A DNA stretch of 64,000 nt from Candidatus Dojkabacteria bacterium (GTDB taxonomy: Bacteria; Patescibacteriota; Dojkabacteria; JAHIVN01): positions 42,337 to 106,336 of the forward strand of contig JAFGDO010000023.1 in the NCBI GenBank assembly GCA_016932045.1, written 5' to 3'. The notes beneath the pieces were generated by a model. The model was given only the letters and a program-made list of their open reading frames with translations. It was not told the DNA's origin and made no database searches. The translations under genes and the position numbers were made by a program. Every line of letters begins with the position of its first letter. The stretch's first letter is position 1. Shown piece after piece: positions 1 to 10,841 of the stretch.

Positions 1-2
1 CG

Positions 3-125
3 GGTCTTGCCGAAGAGGCAGGTCTTGCTTATAAGAATGTAGATCAGGTTTGCGAGTCAGTTGATCTTGCTGGTATTTCAAAAAGAGTTGCAAAATTCTT
101 ACCAATCGGGAATATAAAGGGATAG
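3..125 (+). CDS. rtcB: RtcB RNA ligase, C-terminal end (gene starts before the window)
   Basis: Manual translation GLAEEAGLAYKNVDQVCESVDLAGISKRVAKFLPIGNIKG* matches the RtcB C-terminal EEAxxAYK...PxxxIKG signature; not in the ORF track. Confidence 0.85.
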   Translation, partial: GLAEEAGLAYKNVDQVCESVDLAGISKRVAKFLPIGNIKG

Positions 126-280
126 CCAAACAGCTTAACAGAAAAACAGTAAACAGATAAACAGCGAGCAGTAAATAGTGAATTTTTGCATTGCTTCATT
201 GTTACATTGTTAATTTTTAATTCTTCATTCACAATTGAATCTTCGTATAATTGGGTAATTGTTATATTGCTATATGGTTG
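126..280. repeat. Degenerate 8-nt periodic repeats
   Basis: aaacag/taacag units at 126-175, cattgctt-cattgtta-cattgtta near 189-212, taattggg-taattgtt-atattgct-atatggtt near 248-280. Confidence 0.6.
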
Positions 281-323
281 GACTACAGAGAAAGAATGAC
301 CTCTAAATTTATTACATTTCTCG

Positions 324-1682
324 ATGATAATTAAAAGCTTTAGTGAGGCAATTGAATATTTAGATCAACTGAAACCAAAGAAATTTTATAAAAAATTCTC
401 AGGGGAATTAGGGCTCGAGAGATGTAAGTACCTTCTGGAATTATTGGGCAGTCCACAGAATAAGCTAAAAGTTATTCATATAGCAGGAACATCGGGTAAA
501 GGTTCTACTGCCTATTTAATTAGTATCTTATTGAAGGCTCATGGATTTAAAGTCGGGCTGCATATTTCCCCGCACCTTTTTGATATAAGAGAAAGATTCC
601 AGATTAATAACAATATAATCTCCAAGAGCGATTTTATAAAATATTTAAATAGTTTAATTAAATATATCCAGAAAGTTGAGAATTCTAAATTTGGCAAGCC
701 AACTTACTTTGAAGTTCTTGTAGTATTGGCGTTTTACATATTTATGAAGGAGCAAGTTGACTATGCAGTAGTTGAAACTGGGATTGGAGGACTTCTTGAT
801 AATACTAACTGTGTTGATAGAGAGGATAAAATCTCTGTCATTACAAGAATCGGATTGGATCACACGAAGGTTCTAGGGAAAACTTATGAAGATATCGCTT
901 TCCAGAAGGCTGGGATAATAAATAAGAAAAGTAATGCTATTGTTCTTGAAGACAAATTAACTTCAGATACTATTGAGAAATCTGCAAAAAAAATTAGTGC
1001 ACATTTATTTTGGATAAACAGAGGAGATAACTTTAATAAAGTTCGAGTAAGTACGAAATTGACCCGCTTCAATTTCTCCTTTAGAGGATTTGTCATGAGA
1101 GACATCTCTTTAAGCTTGTTAGGAGAATTTCAAGCTGAAAATTGCAGCATGGCACTAGCAACTGTTAAGCTACTTAGTGCAAGAGATAGATTCAAAATGA
1201 AAGAGGATAAAGTAAGAGAATGCTTAGGGAAGGCCCGATTTCCAGGAAGACTCGAAATATTTAAACTAGAAGGAAGGACTGTCATATTGGATGGGGCTCA
1301 TAATAAACAAAAGATGAGTTGTTTGTTAAATAGCCTTCAGAAGATTTTTCCGAGGCAAAAGTTTGATTCTATACTTGCATATAAAAGTAGTCCACAATAC
1401 TTAGATTATCTAACCTTGATTGCTCCTATTGCAGGAAGTATTTATTTTACAAATCCATTTGTGGTAAACCGGACGAAAGAACAGCTTGATGTGATCGAAA
1501 AAAAGTTAGAAAATAAGCTAATGAATTTAGGAGTCTCAAATTATAAGATAACCCACAATCTAAAAGAGGCACTTGAAGATATGTTGAATAGGGGAAAGCA
1601 TATTTTAGTCATCACAGGTTCTTTGTTTCTTGTAGATATATTTTACTCAATAAAAGCTAGCTATGATAAAGATTACAAATAA
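324..1682 (+). CDS. folC: Folylpolyglutamate/dihydrofolate synthase (Mur ligase family)
   Basis: IHIAGTSGKGST P-loop, SPHL..RER, ETGIGGLLDNTN, DGAHN and TGSLF motifs. Confidence 0.92.
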   Translation: MIIKSFSEAIEYLDQLKPKKFYKKFSGELGLERCKYLLELLGSPQNKLKVIHIAGTSGKGSTAYLISILLKAHGFKVGLHISPHLFDIRERFQINNNIISKSDFIKYLNSLIKYIQKVENSKFGKPTYFEVLVVLAFYIFMKEQVDYAVVETGIGGLLDNTNCVDREDKISVITRIGLDHTKVLGKTYEDIAFQKAGIINKKSNAIVLEDKLTSDTIEKSAKKISAHLFWINRGDNFNKVRVSTKLTRFNFSFRGFVMRDISLSLLGEFQAENCSMALATVKLLSARDRFKMKEDKVRECLGKARFPGRLEIFKLEGRTVILDGAHNKQKMSCLLNSLQKIFPRQKFDSILAYKSSPQYLDYLTLIAPIAGSIYFTNPFVVNRTKEQLDVIEKKLENKLMNLGVSNYKITHNLKEALEDMLNRGKHILVITGSLFLVDIFYSIKASYDKDYK

Positions 1683-3384
1683 GAGTATTGCTCAAATTCT
1701 TTACGAAATTGCAGATATCCTCGAAATGCAGAATATTGGATTTAAGCCGCGTGCGTATCGTAGGGCTGCTCGAGAAGTTGAAGAATATCCAGAGTTAGTT
1801 GTGGGCATAAAGGACGAAAAACAGTTAGAACAGATACCGGGAGTTGGTGAAAGTATAGCCGAGAAAATCAGGGAGATATCTGAAACAGGAACTTGCGAAT
1901 ATTACGAACAGCTCAAAAAAACAATCCCGGCTGATATTGTAAATCTTATCAGGATTGAGGGCGTTGGACCGAAGACAATTAAAAAATTATATGATGAGCT
2001 GGGAATTAAGACTATTAAAGATTTAGAAAAAGCTGCTAAAGAGAAGAAAATACAGAAATTAGAAGGCTTTAAGGAGAAGAGTGAAGAAAATATTCTAAAA
2101 GGAATAAAATCATTCAGGAAAAGATCTGATAGGTTTAGACTTGATGAGGCGCTTCATTACTCAGAAGCTGTTGTCCAAAAGATGAAAAGGCATTCAGCAA
2201 CCTTGAAGATTCTTTGTGCTGGTTCTTTAAGAAGAAAGAAAGAATCAATAGGGGATCTGGACATTCTAATTGTATCGAAAGATCCTGGAGAATCAATGGA
2301 ATATTTTACGCGTTTACCTGATGTATCAAGAGTGTTAGGCAAGGGAAAAACTAAAGCAACTATTGAATTTGAGACAGGATTACAGGCTGATTTAAGAATT
2401 ATTGACGGGGGAAGCTGGGGATCGGCGCTGCAATATTTCACGGGCGATAAAGCGCATAATATAAAGGTTAGAAAGATAGCTATTAAGAAGGGTTACAAAT
2501 TAAATGAGTATGGTCTATTCACCAAAAAGGATAAATCAATAGCTGGTAGGACTGAGGATGAGATTTATAAAAAACTAGGCATGAGAACGCCTCCTCCTGA
2601 AATGCGCAGAGACTCAGGAGAAGTTGAAGCTGCACAAAGAGGGACTCTCCCGAAATTAGTTTCAATAAAAGATATTAGGGGAGATTTTCATATGCATACG
2701 ACATTTAGTGACGGGATAAATACAGTTGAAGAGATGGCTGAAACTGCTTGGAGATTGGGGTATAAATATGTTGCCATAACTGAACACAATACAGAAGGGT
2801 TGGAGGTGGCTGGAGGTATTGACAGTAAGGATACACCCAAGTATGTTGATGAAGTTAAAAGCAAAAAGTATAAGGTTCATGTTTTAGTTGGCTTAGAGGT
2901 TAATGTTGCCAAAGATGGGTCGTTAACTGTTCCCGATAAATTTCTAAAGATATTGGATTTTGTTGTTATTGGAGTTCACTCTCATTTCAGAATGACTGAA
3001 TCTGATATGACAAAAAGAATTTTGACTGCTTTTGAAAATCCTTATGTAAATGTTTTCGCGCATCCTACGGGTAGGTTACTTCTCAAAAGAGACGAGTATG
3101 ACTTTGATTTTGAAGCTGTATGCAAGAAAGCGAGAGAAAAAAATATATGTCTTGAGCTTAATGCGCATCCCGAAAGATTGGATTTAGACGGAGAGCACTC
3201 TCAGCTTGCTAAGTCACTCGGCTGTAAGTTTGCGATTGGAACAGATTCTCACAGTACAACACAACTTGAAAATATTAAATATGGTGTGTACATGGCAAGA
3301 AGAGGGTGGTTGGAAAAGAGAAATGTGATAAATACAATGCAGTATAACGAACTGGCAAAATTCTTGAAGGATAGAGAACAATGA
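1663..3384 (+). CDS. polX: DNA polymerase X with C-terminal PHP domain
   Basis: HhH motifs IPGVG/IEGVG, GSLRR, GDLDIL, YFTG, PHP motifs HMHT, AHPTGR, TDSH. Confidence 0.95.
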   Translation: MIKITNKSIAQILYEIADILEMQNIGFKPRAYRRAAREVEEYPELVVGIKDEKQLEQIPGVGESIAEKIREISETGTCEYYEQLKKTIPADIVNLIRIEGVGPKTIKKLYDELGIKTIKDLEKAAKEKKIQKLEGFKEKSEENILKGIKSFRKRSDRFRLDEALHYSEAVVQKMKRHSATLKILCAGSLRRKKESIGDLDILIVSKDPGESMEYFTRLPDVSRVLGKGKTKATIEFETGLQADLRIIDGGSWGSALQYFTGDKAHNIKVRKIAIKKGYKLNEYGLFTKKDKSIAGRTEDEIYKKLGMRTPPPEMRRDSGEVEAAQRGTLPKLVSIKDIRGDFHMHTTFSDGINTVEEMAETAWRLGYKYVAITEHNTEGLEVAGGIDSKDTPKYVDEVKSKKYKVHVLVGLEVNVAKDGSLTVPDKFLKILDFVVIGVHSHFRMTESDMTKRILTAFENPYVNVFAHPTGRLLLKRDEYDFDFEAVCKKAREKNICLELNAHPERLDLDGEHSQLAKSLGCKFAIGTDSHSTTQLENIKYGVYMARRGWLEKRNVINTMQYNELAKFLKDREQ

Positions 3385-3409
3385 TATTTTTTAGATTTAA
3401 TCCTTTGCG

Positions 3410-4111
3410 ATGGAAATTTTTGATTTTAAAACTTATCTTTACTTTTGGGGATCACTCTTTGGTTGTCTGCTGTCACTTTTAATTTATGTAAAAAGGAAAG
3501 ATCTTCGCAAGGAAATGTTGATAAATGGGATTCTATTTTCAGTCGTTGGTGTGATTATTGAATATATGTTTTTTAAAGATTATTGGAATCCGCCATTGAT
3601 TATTAAATTCGGAGAATTCGGAGGACTTGAAGATCTAATGTTTGGATTTGCAGCAGGAAGCTTTGGCTCAGTTTTTTACACGGTTTTATTTAAGGAAAGA
3701 TTGATTAGAAGTGAGAATCAACGTTACTGGATTATTCCGACAGTCTTGATAAGTCAATCTCTAAGCTTTCTTGTTTTTACTCATTGGTTTAATATTAATA
3801 GTATCTATGCAAGTTCAATCGGATGGGCTCTACCGACAATTGTTATTATAATTATCAGAAAAGATTTAATTAAAGAGGTGATAATATCTGCTATTTTAGG
3901 GGGATTAATATTAATAATTGGTGAAGCTGTTTTTCTTGTAATCTTTGCTCATGAATATTTAGAGAAATATTTTAGGTTAATTGGTGAAGTACCTGTGTTA
4001 ATTGATGTTTTTCCAATTACAGAATTTATATGGGGAATGAGCTTTGGAGCCTTGATTAGTCCTCTTTATGAATTTTTGACAGGTAAAAGGTTAGTAAAAG
4101 CAAATGGATAA
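3410..4111 (+). CDS. Multi-pass membrane protein, lycopene cyclase domain-like
   Basis: Several TM segments; DYWNPP...LEDLMFGF and PITEFIWG repeats typical of lycopene-cyclase-domain proteins. Confidence 0.6.
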   Translation: MEIFDFKTYLYFWGSLFGCLLSLLIYVKRKDLRKEMLINGILFSVVGVIIEYMFFKDYWNPPLIIKFGEFGGLEDLMFGFAAGSFGSVFYTVLFKERLIRSENQRYWIIPTVLISQSLSFLVFTHWFNINSIYASSIGWALPTIVIIIIRKDLIKEVIISAILGGLILIIGEAVFLVIFAHEYLEKYFRLIGEVPVLIDVFPITEFIWGMSFGALISPLYEFLTGKRLVKANG

Positions 4112-4148
4112 TCTGATGGAATTAGGGATTCTTATTTTTTTTGGATTT

Positions 4149-4568
4149 CTATTTTTGTTCTTCGTATTTCTCAATAGCATCCCTTAGAGCTTTTATTGCA
4201 AGCTGAGCGCATTCTACTTTATTTTGAGGTAGTGCGCCCAGGTGCTTTATGATATCGTTCTCATCCAGTTTCTTGGCCTCTTCTAAAGTCTTCCCTTTTA
4301 TCATAACCGTAATTGAAGAACCAGAAATGCAGGCTCCTGCACAACCCAAAGCCTCAAAAACCGCATCAGTAATGATTCCGTTATCGTCGACTTTTAGAGA
4401 AACTGACATATAATCGCCACAATGACCAAGTTGTTCCCCCTTTACGTCGGCTGAAGGTAATTCTTTAAAATTTAGCTTTTTCTTAAAGTATTCTATTCCT
4501 TTTTGAGAATATCCTAACTTTTTCATCAGTTCGTCCTGCTTTGTTACTTCCGCCGGTTTTGTTGCCAT
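4149..4568 (-). CDS. NifU/IscU-family Fe-S scaffold
   Basis: CGD, GCA and K..CA: the three conserved Cys of the NifU_N domain. Confidence 0.88.
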   Translation of the reverse strand: MATKPAEVTKQDELMKKLGYSQKGIEYFKKKLNFKELPSADVKGEQLGHCGDYMSVSLKVDDNGIITDAVFEALGCAGACISGSSITVMIKGKTLEEAKKLDENDIIKHLGALPQNKVECAQLAIKALRDAIEKYEEQK

Positions 4569-4678
4569 GTTAAAGAAGTTCTTCTATAATTTAAATCTAT
4601 CAGTAATATAATGCTTTTGACATTTATAGCATTTCTGAATTAATGTTACAATGCTAAAGTAAATTATAATTTTTAGTA

Positions 4679-5407
4679 TTGCTAATGGCAACTAAATCTT
4701 CAAAATTCAAAGCAGTTCTTTTTGATCTCGATGATACCTTGTGTAATACGGAAGAGACAAAGGAAAGAGTCTTCACTCAAGTCTATGAGGCGAATGAATC
4801 ATTGAGCAAAATCCCAATTTTTGAATTTATAGAGGTAGCGCTTAAGAAGAGGAGTGACTATTTACTGGATGCCGAGGGGTTACAAACCTATTCAAGACTT
4901 GATATATGGCAGGAAGTTATGGAGAGGTTCAATGTAAATTTTACAACAAAAGAACTTCGGAAACTTATAGATGATTATTGGAAATATTCAATTCTAGAAT
5001 TGAAGCTTTACCCGGATGTACGAGAAGTCTTAGAAAAGCTAAGAGACAACAATATTATTAACAGTATTCTTGCCGGGAGCGATTTTTATTCCAAATCTGC
5101 AAAGCTTATTCATCTAGGAATTGACGAATTATTTACTTATTTTTTTACAGCGGATCTAGTTAGAATTCCGAAGACGGATCCAAAGATATATGAATATGTA
5201 GTTCAATATTTAAAATTAAAGTCCAACGAGGTTATTATGATTGGAAACGACCCTATGCAGGATATAAAACCTGCGAATGAGGCTGGCTTATCGACAGCTC
5301 AGTTTGTCAAAGTCGGGGACTCCAAGGTCAGCGAAAAAGGATCAGAAAGACCCAATTATATCTTGAGAAGCTTGAGGGGGATACTTGAGTTGCTTAATAT
5401 TACTTAA
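4679..5407 (+). CDS. HAD-superfamily hydrolase (likely ATG start at 4685)
   Basis: FDLDDTL motif I, PK..P motif III, IGND...DI motif IV. Confidence 0.88.
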   Translation: MLMATKSSKFKAVLFDLDDTLCNTEETKERVFTQVYEANESLSKIPIFEFIEVALKKRSDYLLDAEGLQTYSRLDIWQEVMERFNVNFTTKELRKLIDDYWKYSILELKLYPDVREVLEKLRDNNIINSILAGSDFYSKSAKLIHLGIDELFTYFFTADLVRIPKTDPKIYEYVVQYLKLKSNEVIMIGNDPMQDIKPANEAGLSTAQFVKVGDSKVSEKGSERPNYILRSLRGILELLNIT

Positions 5408-5421
5408 TACTTATTAACACT

Positions 5422-6648
5422 ATGCTGGATCCAAAAATCCGCGATGATTTTCCAATTCTGTCACTTGAGGTGAACGGTAAGCCTCTTGTATATTTTGACA
5501 ATGCTGCGACGAGTCAAAAGCCACAAGCTGTCATAGATAAGCTTGTCGAGTACTATGAAACTTCAAATGCGAACATTCACCGAGGTATCCATTACTTAAG
5601 TGAAAAAGCGACAGAAGGATATGAGGAGTCAAAAAAGAAAGTCGCGCGTTTTATAAATGCAAAAAGCTATAAGGAGATTATCTACACGCGTAATGCTACC
5701 GAATCAATCAATTTAGTTGCTTATACTTTGGGACTTAGTTCTCTTTCAAAGGGCGACTTAGTCATCTCAACTGAGATGGAACACCATAGCAATATCATTC
5801 CCTGGCAAATTATTAAAAAGCATAAAAAGATTGATGTAGAATTCGTCCCTGTACGTGATGACTACACTTTAGATATTGACGAATATAAAAAGCTATTGCA
5901 AAGAAAACCCAAGCTTGTAACCTTTGTCCATGCTTCAAATGTATTGGGCACTATTAACCCTGCAAAAGAAATCACAAGACTGGCACATAAAGCTGGTGCT
6001 TTTGTCTTGATAGATGGAGCTCAAAGTGTACCTCACATGAAGATAGATGTGGAAGATATTGACTGTGATTTTCTTGCATTTTCATCACACAAAATGTGTG
6101 GTCCAACCGGTATAGGAGTTTTGTACGGCAAGCAAGAGATACTCGAGGAACTTGATCCATTCATGGGGGGGGGCGACATGATTAATCACGTAACCTATGA
6201 AGAAAGCACCTGGAATAAACTTCCTTGGAAGTTTGAGGCAGGTACTCCAAATATTGCCGATGCAGTTGCGTTTGGGGCAACAGTTGACTATCTGGAAAAA
6301 ATTGGTATGAGGGATATTGAAAAACACGAGAGAGAACTTGTAAGTTATGCTCTTGATAAGATGAAAAAGGTAAAAGGCCTTGAGATCTTTGGACAGGATG
6401 ATAGAGTAGAAAGTCGTGGCGGGATGGTTGCCTTTACTTTGAAATATGCGCATCCCCATGATGTGGCACAACTTCTGGACGAGGAAGGAATTGCTGTACG
6501 ATCCGGGCACCATTGTGCGCAACCTCTGCATGAGAAGTTTAAAAAGTCAACCACAAGTAGAGCAAGTTTCTATCTCTATAATACAAAGGAAGAGGTTGAT
6601 AAAATGATAGCGGCATTAGACAGAGTAGTTGAACTATTCCATTCTTAG
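5422..6648 (+). CDS. sufS: Cysteine desulfurase, SufS family
   Basis: YFDNAATSQKP, MEHHSN, SSHKMCGPTG, RSGHHCAQP. Confidence 0.97.
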   Translation: MLDPKIRDDFPILSLEVNGKPLVYFDNAATSQKPQAVIDKLVEYYETSNANIHRGIHYLSEKATEGYEESKKKVARFINAKSYKEIIYTRNATESINLVAYTLGLSSLSKGDLVISTEMEHHSNIIPWQIIKKHKKIDVEFVPVRDDYTLDIDEYKKLLQRKPKLVTFVHASNVLGTINPAKEITRLAHKAGAFVLIDGAQSVPHMKIDVEDIDCDFLAFSSHKMCGPTGIGVLYGKQEILEELDPFMGGGDMINHVTYEESTWNKLPWKFEAGTPNIADAVAFGATVDYLEKIGMRDIEKHERELVSYALDKMKKVKGLEIFGQDDRVESRGGMVAFTLKYAHPHDVAQLLDEEGIAVRSGHHCAQPLHEKFKKSTTSRASFYLYNTKEEVDKMIAALDRVVELFHS

Positions 6649-6670
6649 TATATAGATTAAAGAAAAAATA

Positions 6671-7048
6671 ATGGATCTATACAAAAAGGAAATTCTAGAT
6701 CACTACAAAAATCCTAGGAACTTCGGAAAGATCAAAACAGAGGCAAAGTCTACACATGGGGAAAACCCCTCTTGTGGCGATAGTATTAATATGGATATTG
6801 TTTTCAAGCAGGGACGGATTGAAAACATTAAGTTTAGTGGAGATGGCTGTGCTATTGCTATTGCAGCAGCTTCTATGCTGACTGAAAAGGTAAAGGGTAT
6901 GAAAATCGTCGATGTTGCTGATATCGGGTTTCAAGATATTCAGAAGTTACTGGGAGTTGAGGTCTCTCACTCAAGGAAGAATTGCGCCATATTAGCTCTT
7001 AATGTATTGAGAAAGATGGTACTTCAGGAATTGAAACAACAGAAATAG
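6671..7048 (+). CDS. SufU/NifU-family scaffold
   Basis: ILDHYKNPRN, NPSCGD, GCAI, R..CA; directly after sufS. Confidence 0.9.
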   Translation: MDLYKKEILDHYKNPRNFGKIKTEAKSTHGENPSCGDSINMDIVFKQGRIENIKFSGDGCAIAIAAASMLTEKVKGMKIVDVADIGFQDIQKLLGVEVSHSRKNCAILALNVLRKMVLQELKQQK

Positions 7049-7237
7049 TCTATGTGAAGACAGTATAATTGGATCAAATACGATCGTCTTTTCTTGAAAT
7101 TTGATTTTGAGATCGTTATATGATATAGATCAGATTGTTCAATTTTGGCTTGCTTTTTTGGAAAAATCTGATATCATCTAAAGGACTTCCCTTTTGATTT
7201 GTTCTTTGCTTGAAAATTAAAATAATATTTTTGGGGT

Positions 7238-9343
7238 ATGGCAGTAAAACTTGATTACAATTCAGTAAAAGATTTAAAGTTATATAGAAATATTGGAATA
7301 ATTGCACATATAGATGCAGGTAAGACGACAACTACAGAGCGTGTGCTTTACTATACAGGAAAAAAGCACAAGGTAGGAGAGGTACATGATGGAGAAGCGG
7401 AGATGGATTGGATGGAACAGGAGCAGGAAAGAGGCATCACTATTCAGTCTGCTGCTACTACGTGTTTTTGGACAGTCGATAAAGTTCTTCACCGCATAAA
7501 CATTATTGATACACCTGGGCATGTTGATTTTACTGCGGAAGTTGAAAGGTCACTCCGTGTTCTTGATGGTGGCGTGGTTGTTTTTGACGGCAAGGAGGGG
7601 GTCGAACCTCAATCTACTAAAGTGTGGTTCCAGGCTGAAAAGTATAATGTACCGCGACTGTGTTATGTGAATAAATTAGATGCTATTGGAGGAGATTTTG
7701 AAAAGAGTTTAAAAAGTATTCAAGATGAGCTTTCTGATGATGCTGTAGCCATTCAGTTACCTCTTGGTAAGGAAAGTGATTTTAATGGAGTCATTGATCT
7801 TATAAAACAAAAAGTTTATGTTTATGAAGATGACATGGGGGAGAAGATTGTGGAGAAAGATGTTCCAGATGAAATGAAGGAAGACGTCAAAAAATATAGG
7901 GAGATACTAATTGAAAAGGTTGCAGATATAGATGATAAAGTTGCAGAAAAGTTTCTCGGAGGTGAAGAGGTCTCAGAAGAGGAACTATATGCAGCAATTC
8001 GCAAAGGGACAATTAAGACAAAATTATTTCCCGTATTTGCTGGATCTTCTTTAAAGAATAGGGGAGTACAGTTGTTACTTGATGGGGTTTGTCGCTATTT
8101 ACCTTCACCGCTAGATCTACCGCCGATCAAGGGAATTCATCCCAAAACAGACGAAGAGGTTGAGAGAAGACTTGAGGAAGACGAACCATTCGCTGCCTTG
8201 GTATTCAAGATTATGATTGATCAGCATGTAGGGACATTGGCTTTTTTTAGGGTTTATTCTGGAAAGTTAAAAACTGGTGATACCGTATACAATAGTACGA
8301 AAGGAAAAAGTGAAAGAATTGGCCGTATCCTTTTGATGCATGCAAATCATAGGGAAGAGGTGAAAGAGGTTAGAGCAGGTGATATAGCAGCTATTGTCGG
8401 ATTGAAATCTACTTTGACAGGAGATACTATTTGTGACCCGGATTATCCACTACTTCTTGAAAGTATAACATTCCCAGAACCGGTTATTTCAATGGCAATA
8501 GAGCCAAAGACAAAGGCTGATCAGGAAAAAATGTCGGTTATTCTAGGAAAACTTTCTCAAGAGGATCCTACTTTTCATGTTAGTGCCGATGAAGAGACAG
8601 GTCAGACAATCATATCTGGAATGGGTGAGCTACATTTAGAGATTAAAGTGGATATTATGAAAAGAGAATACAATATTGAGGCAAGTGTCGGTAAACCACA
8701 AGTCGCCTATAAGGAAACTATTACACAAACAATTGAATCGGAAGGTAAATATATTCGACAATCAGGGGGAAGGGGACAATATGGGCATTGTTTCTTGAGA
8801 CTTGAACCTTTGGAAAGGGGTAAGGGGTTTGAGTTTGTAAATGAGATAAAAGGAGGGTCTGTACCCCGAGAGTACTTTCCTTCAGTCGAAAAGGGGGTAG
8901 AAAAAGCATTGCAAAGCGGTGTGCTTGGAGGTTTTCCGGTTGTTGATGTAAAAGTAGCTTTATTTGATGGTTCTTATCACGAGGTTGATTCTTCAAATGA
9001 AGCATTTATTATAGCAGCAAGTAAAGGTTTTAAAGAAGGTATGAAAAGAGCTGGTCCTGTAGTTCTTGAGCCGATTATGAAGGTTTCCGTTACAGCTCCG
9101 ACTGAATTTGCAGGAGACGTAACGGGAAATATCAGTTCAAAGAGGGGAAAGATTTTAGGAATAGAAGATAAGGGAAAGGTACAAGAGATAAATGCCGAGG
9201 CGCCACTCTCTGAGCTTTTTGGCTGGGTTAGTGAACTAAGGTCGATGACACAGGGGAAGGCTGTTCCAAATATCGAACCAAGTCATTATGAACGTGTTCC
9301 AAGTAATATAGCAGACCAGATACTCGGGAAAAAGGGGGAGTAA
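7238..9343 (+). CDS. fusA: Elongation factor G
   Basis: [39 protein letters not shown]. Confidence 0.99.
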   Translation: MAVKLDYNSVKDLKLYRNIGIIAHIDAGKTTTTERVLYYTGKKHKVGEVHDGEAEMDWMEQEQERGITIQSAATTCFWTVDKVLHRINIIDTPGHVDFTAEVERSLRVLDGGVVVFDGKEGVEPQSTKVWFQAEKYNVPRLCYVNKLDAIGGDFEKSLKSIQDELSDDAVAIQLPLGKESDFNGVIDLIKQKVYVYEDDMGEKIVEKDVPDEMKEDVKKYREILIEKVADIDDKVAEKFLGGEEVSEEELYAAIRKGTIKTKLFPVFAGSSLKNRGVQLLLDGVCRYLPSPLDLPPIKGIHPKTDEEVERRLEEDEPFAALVFKIMIDQHVGTLAFFRVYSGKLKTGDTVYNSTKGKSERIGRILLMHANHREEVKEVRAGDIAAIVGLKSTLTGDTICDPDYPLLLESITFPEPVISMAIEPKTKADQEKMSVILGKLSQEDPTFHVSADEETGQTIISGMGELHLEIKVDIMKREYNIEASVGKPQVAYKETITQTIESEGKYIRQSGGRGQYGHCFLRLEPLERGKGFEFVNEIKGGSVPREYFPSVEKGVEKALQSGVLGGFPVVDVKVALFDGSYHEVDSSNEAFIIAASKGFKEGMKRAGPVVLEPIMKVSVTAPTEFAGDVTGNISSKRGKILGIEDKGKVQEINAEAPLSELFGWVSELRSMTQGKAVPNIEPSHYERVPSNIADQILGKKGE

Positions 9344-9541
9344 AAGCCTGTTTAACGGATTAAGGCCATTGCAAAGTATAAGGGTGTTTGATAAAATCGT
9401 CACGCAATTGATACTTATGTTGTAAAGTTTTTGAATATAAACGTATTGTAGTGGAGAGAAATTTTTGTTAAAATGTCTTGACTTGCTCAATTACAATTGA
9501 GTTTGTTATTTTTAAATAAATTTATTTCTTAAGTTAATAAA

Positions 9542-10726
9542 ATGGCAGACGAAAAAAAATACACTCGTGAAAAACCACATGTGAACATTGGTACACTAGG
9601 TCATGTTGATCATGGAAAAACGACAATGCTCCGTGGTATTTTAAATGTCTTTGGCGGTGAAAGAAAGGAAGAGTGGAAGGGTAAGCTTGATAAATCACCG
9701 GAATCAAAGGCAAAATCAATGACTATTTCTGTTGCTCATGTTGAAGCTGAAACTGATAATAGGCACTATGCTATTGTAGATTGTCCTGGCCATAGGGACT
9801 ATATCAAGAATATGATTACTGGTGCAGCACAGATGGATGGAGCAATTCTTTGCGTAAGCGCATCAGATGGTCCAATGCCTCAGACAAAGGAGCATGTGCT
9901 TCTTGCAAAACAGGTTGGAGTTGTGAACTTTGTTATTTTTATTAATATCTTTGATGAGGGAATGGATGAAGAGTTAGTAGATCTTGTTGAAGAAGAAGTC
10001 AGGGAGCTTTTAAAGAAGTACGAATTTGACGGTGACAAAGTCACAGTTATAAGAGGTAATGCTCTAAAGGCAGAAAAAGGTGAAGAAGAGGGGCTAGAGG
10101 CAATGAAGAAACTTATGGAAGCTGTCGATAAAGATATTCCAGATCCAGATAGACCGGTAGATCAGGACTTTCTGATGGCTGTTGAAGATGTTTTCTCCAT
10201 TGAAGGAAGAGGTACAGTAGCAACAGGAAGAATTGAAAGAGGGAAAGTGAAAGTTAATGATGAGGTTGAGCTGGTCGGTTTATCAGAACACAGCAAGAAG
10301 CTTATTGTTACTGGAGTAGAGATGTTTAATAAATCAATGGATGAGGGGATTGCAGGTGATAACGTTGGAGTTCTGCTTCGAGGGATTAAGAGAGAGGAAG
10401 TACAAAGAGGTCAAGTATTGGCAAAAACAGGAAGTATTAAACCTCATACTGATTTCGAAGCAGAGGTATATGTTTTAACAAAAGAAGAAGGGGGACGACA
10501 TACAGCGTTCTTCTCAGGCTATAAACCACAGTTCTATATAAAGACAACTGATGTTACAGGTGAAGTGGAGTTGCCAAAGGGGACAGAGATGGTTATGCCT
10601 GGAGATAGTGTAAATCTATCTATAAAGTTAACAATGCCTGTTGCAATTGAAGAAAAGATGCGGTTTGCAGTCCGAGAAGGTTCGAAAACAGTTGGGGCGG
10701 GAATTGTTACAAAGATAATAAAGTAA
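9542..10726 (+). CDS. tuf: Elongation factor Tu (divergent G domain)
   Basis: [38 protein letters not shown]; lies between fusA and rpsJ. Confidence 0.97.
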   Translation: MADEKKYTREKPHVNIGTLGHVDHGKTTMLRGILNVFGGERKEEWKGKLDKSPESKAKSMTISVAHVEAETDNRHYAIVDCPGHRDYIKNMITGAAQMDGAILCVSASDGPMPQTKEHVLLAKQVGVVNFVIFINIFDEGMDEELVDLVEEEVRELLKKYEFDGDKVTVIRGNALKAEKGEEEGLEAMKKLMEAVDKDIPDPDRPVDQDFLMAVEDVFSIEGRGTVATGRIERGKVKVNDEVELVGLSEHSKKLIVTGVEMFNKSMDEGIAGDNVGVLLRGIKREEVQRGQVLAKTGSIKPHTDFEAEVYVLTKEEGGRHTAFFSGYKPQFYIKTTDVTGEVELPKGTEMVMPGDSVNLSIKLTMPVAIEEKMRFAVREGSKTVGAGIVTKIIK

Positions 10727-10773
10727 AGGGAATTCGGGTAATAAGAAGTGTGATTTTGATTTTACGTTAGCGG

Positions 10774-10804
10774 AAAGGTGTCGTTCACATGAGCGGCACT
10801 TTTT
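10774..10804 (+). terminator. Hairpin with T-tract between tuf and rpsJ
   Basis: AAAGGTGTCGTTC-ACAT-GAGCGGCACTTT stem (with G-U pairs) running into TTTTT. Confidence 0.55.
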
Positions 10805-10841
10805 ACGCCAAATTCTAATTAATTGCTCTTTATTAATTATT

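Noticed and set aside
44-232. 62-aa minus-strand ORF
   Set aside because: Antisense to the rtcB end and the repeat tract
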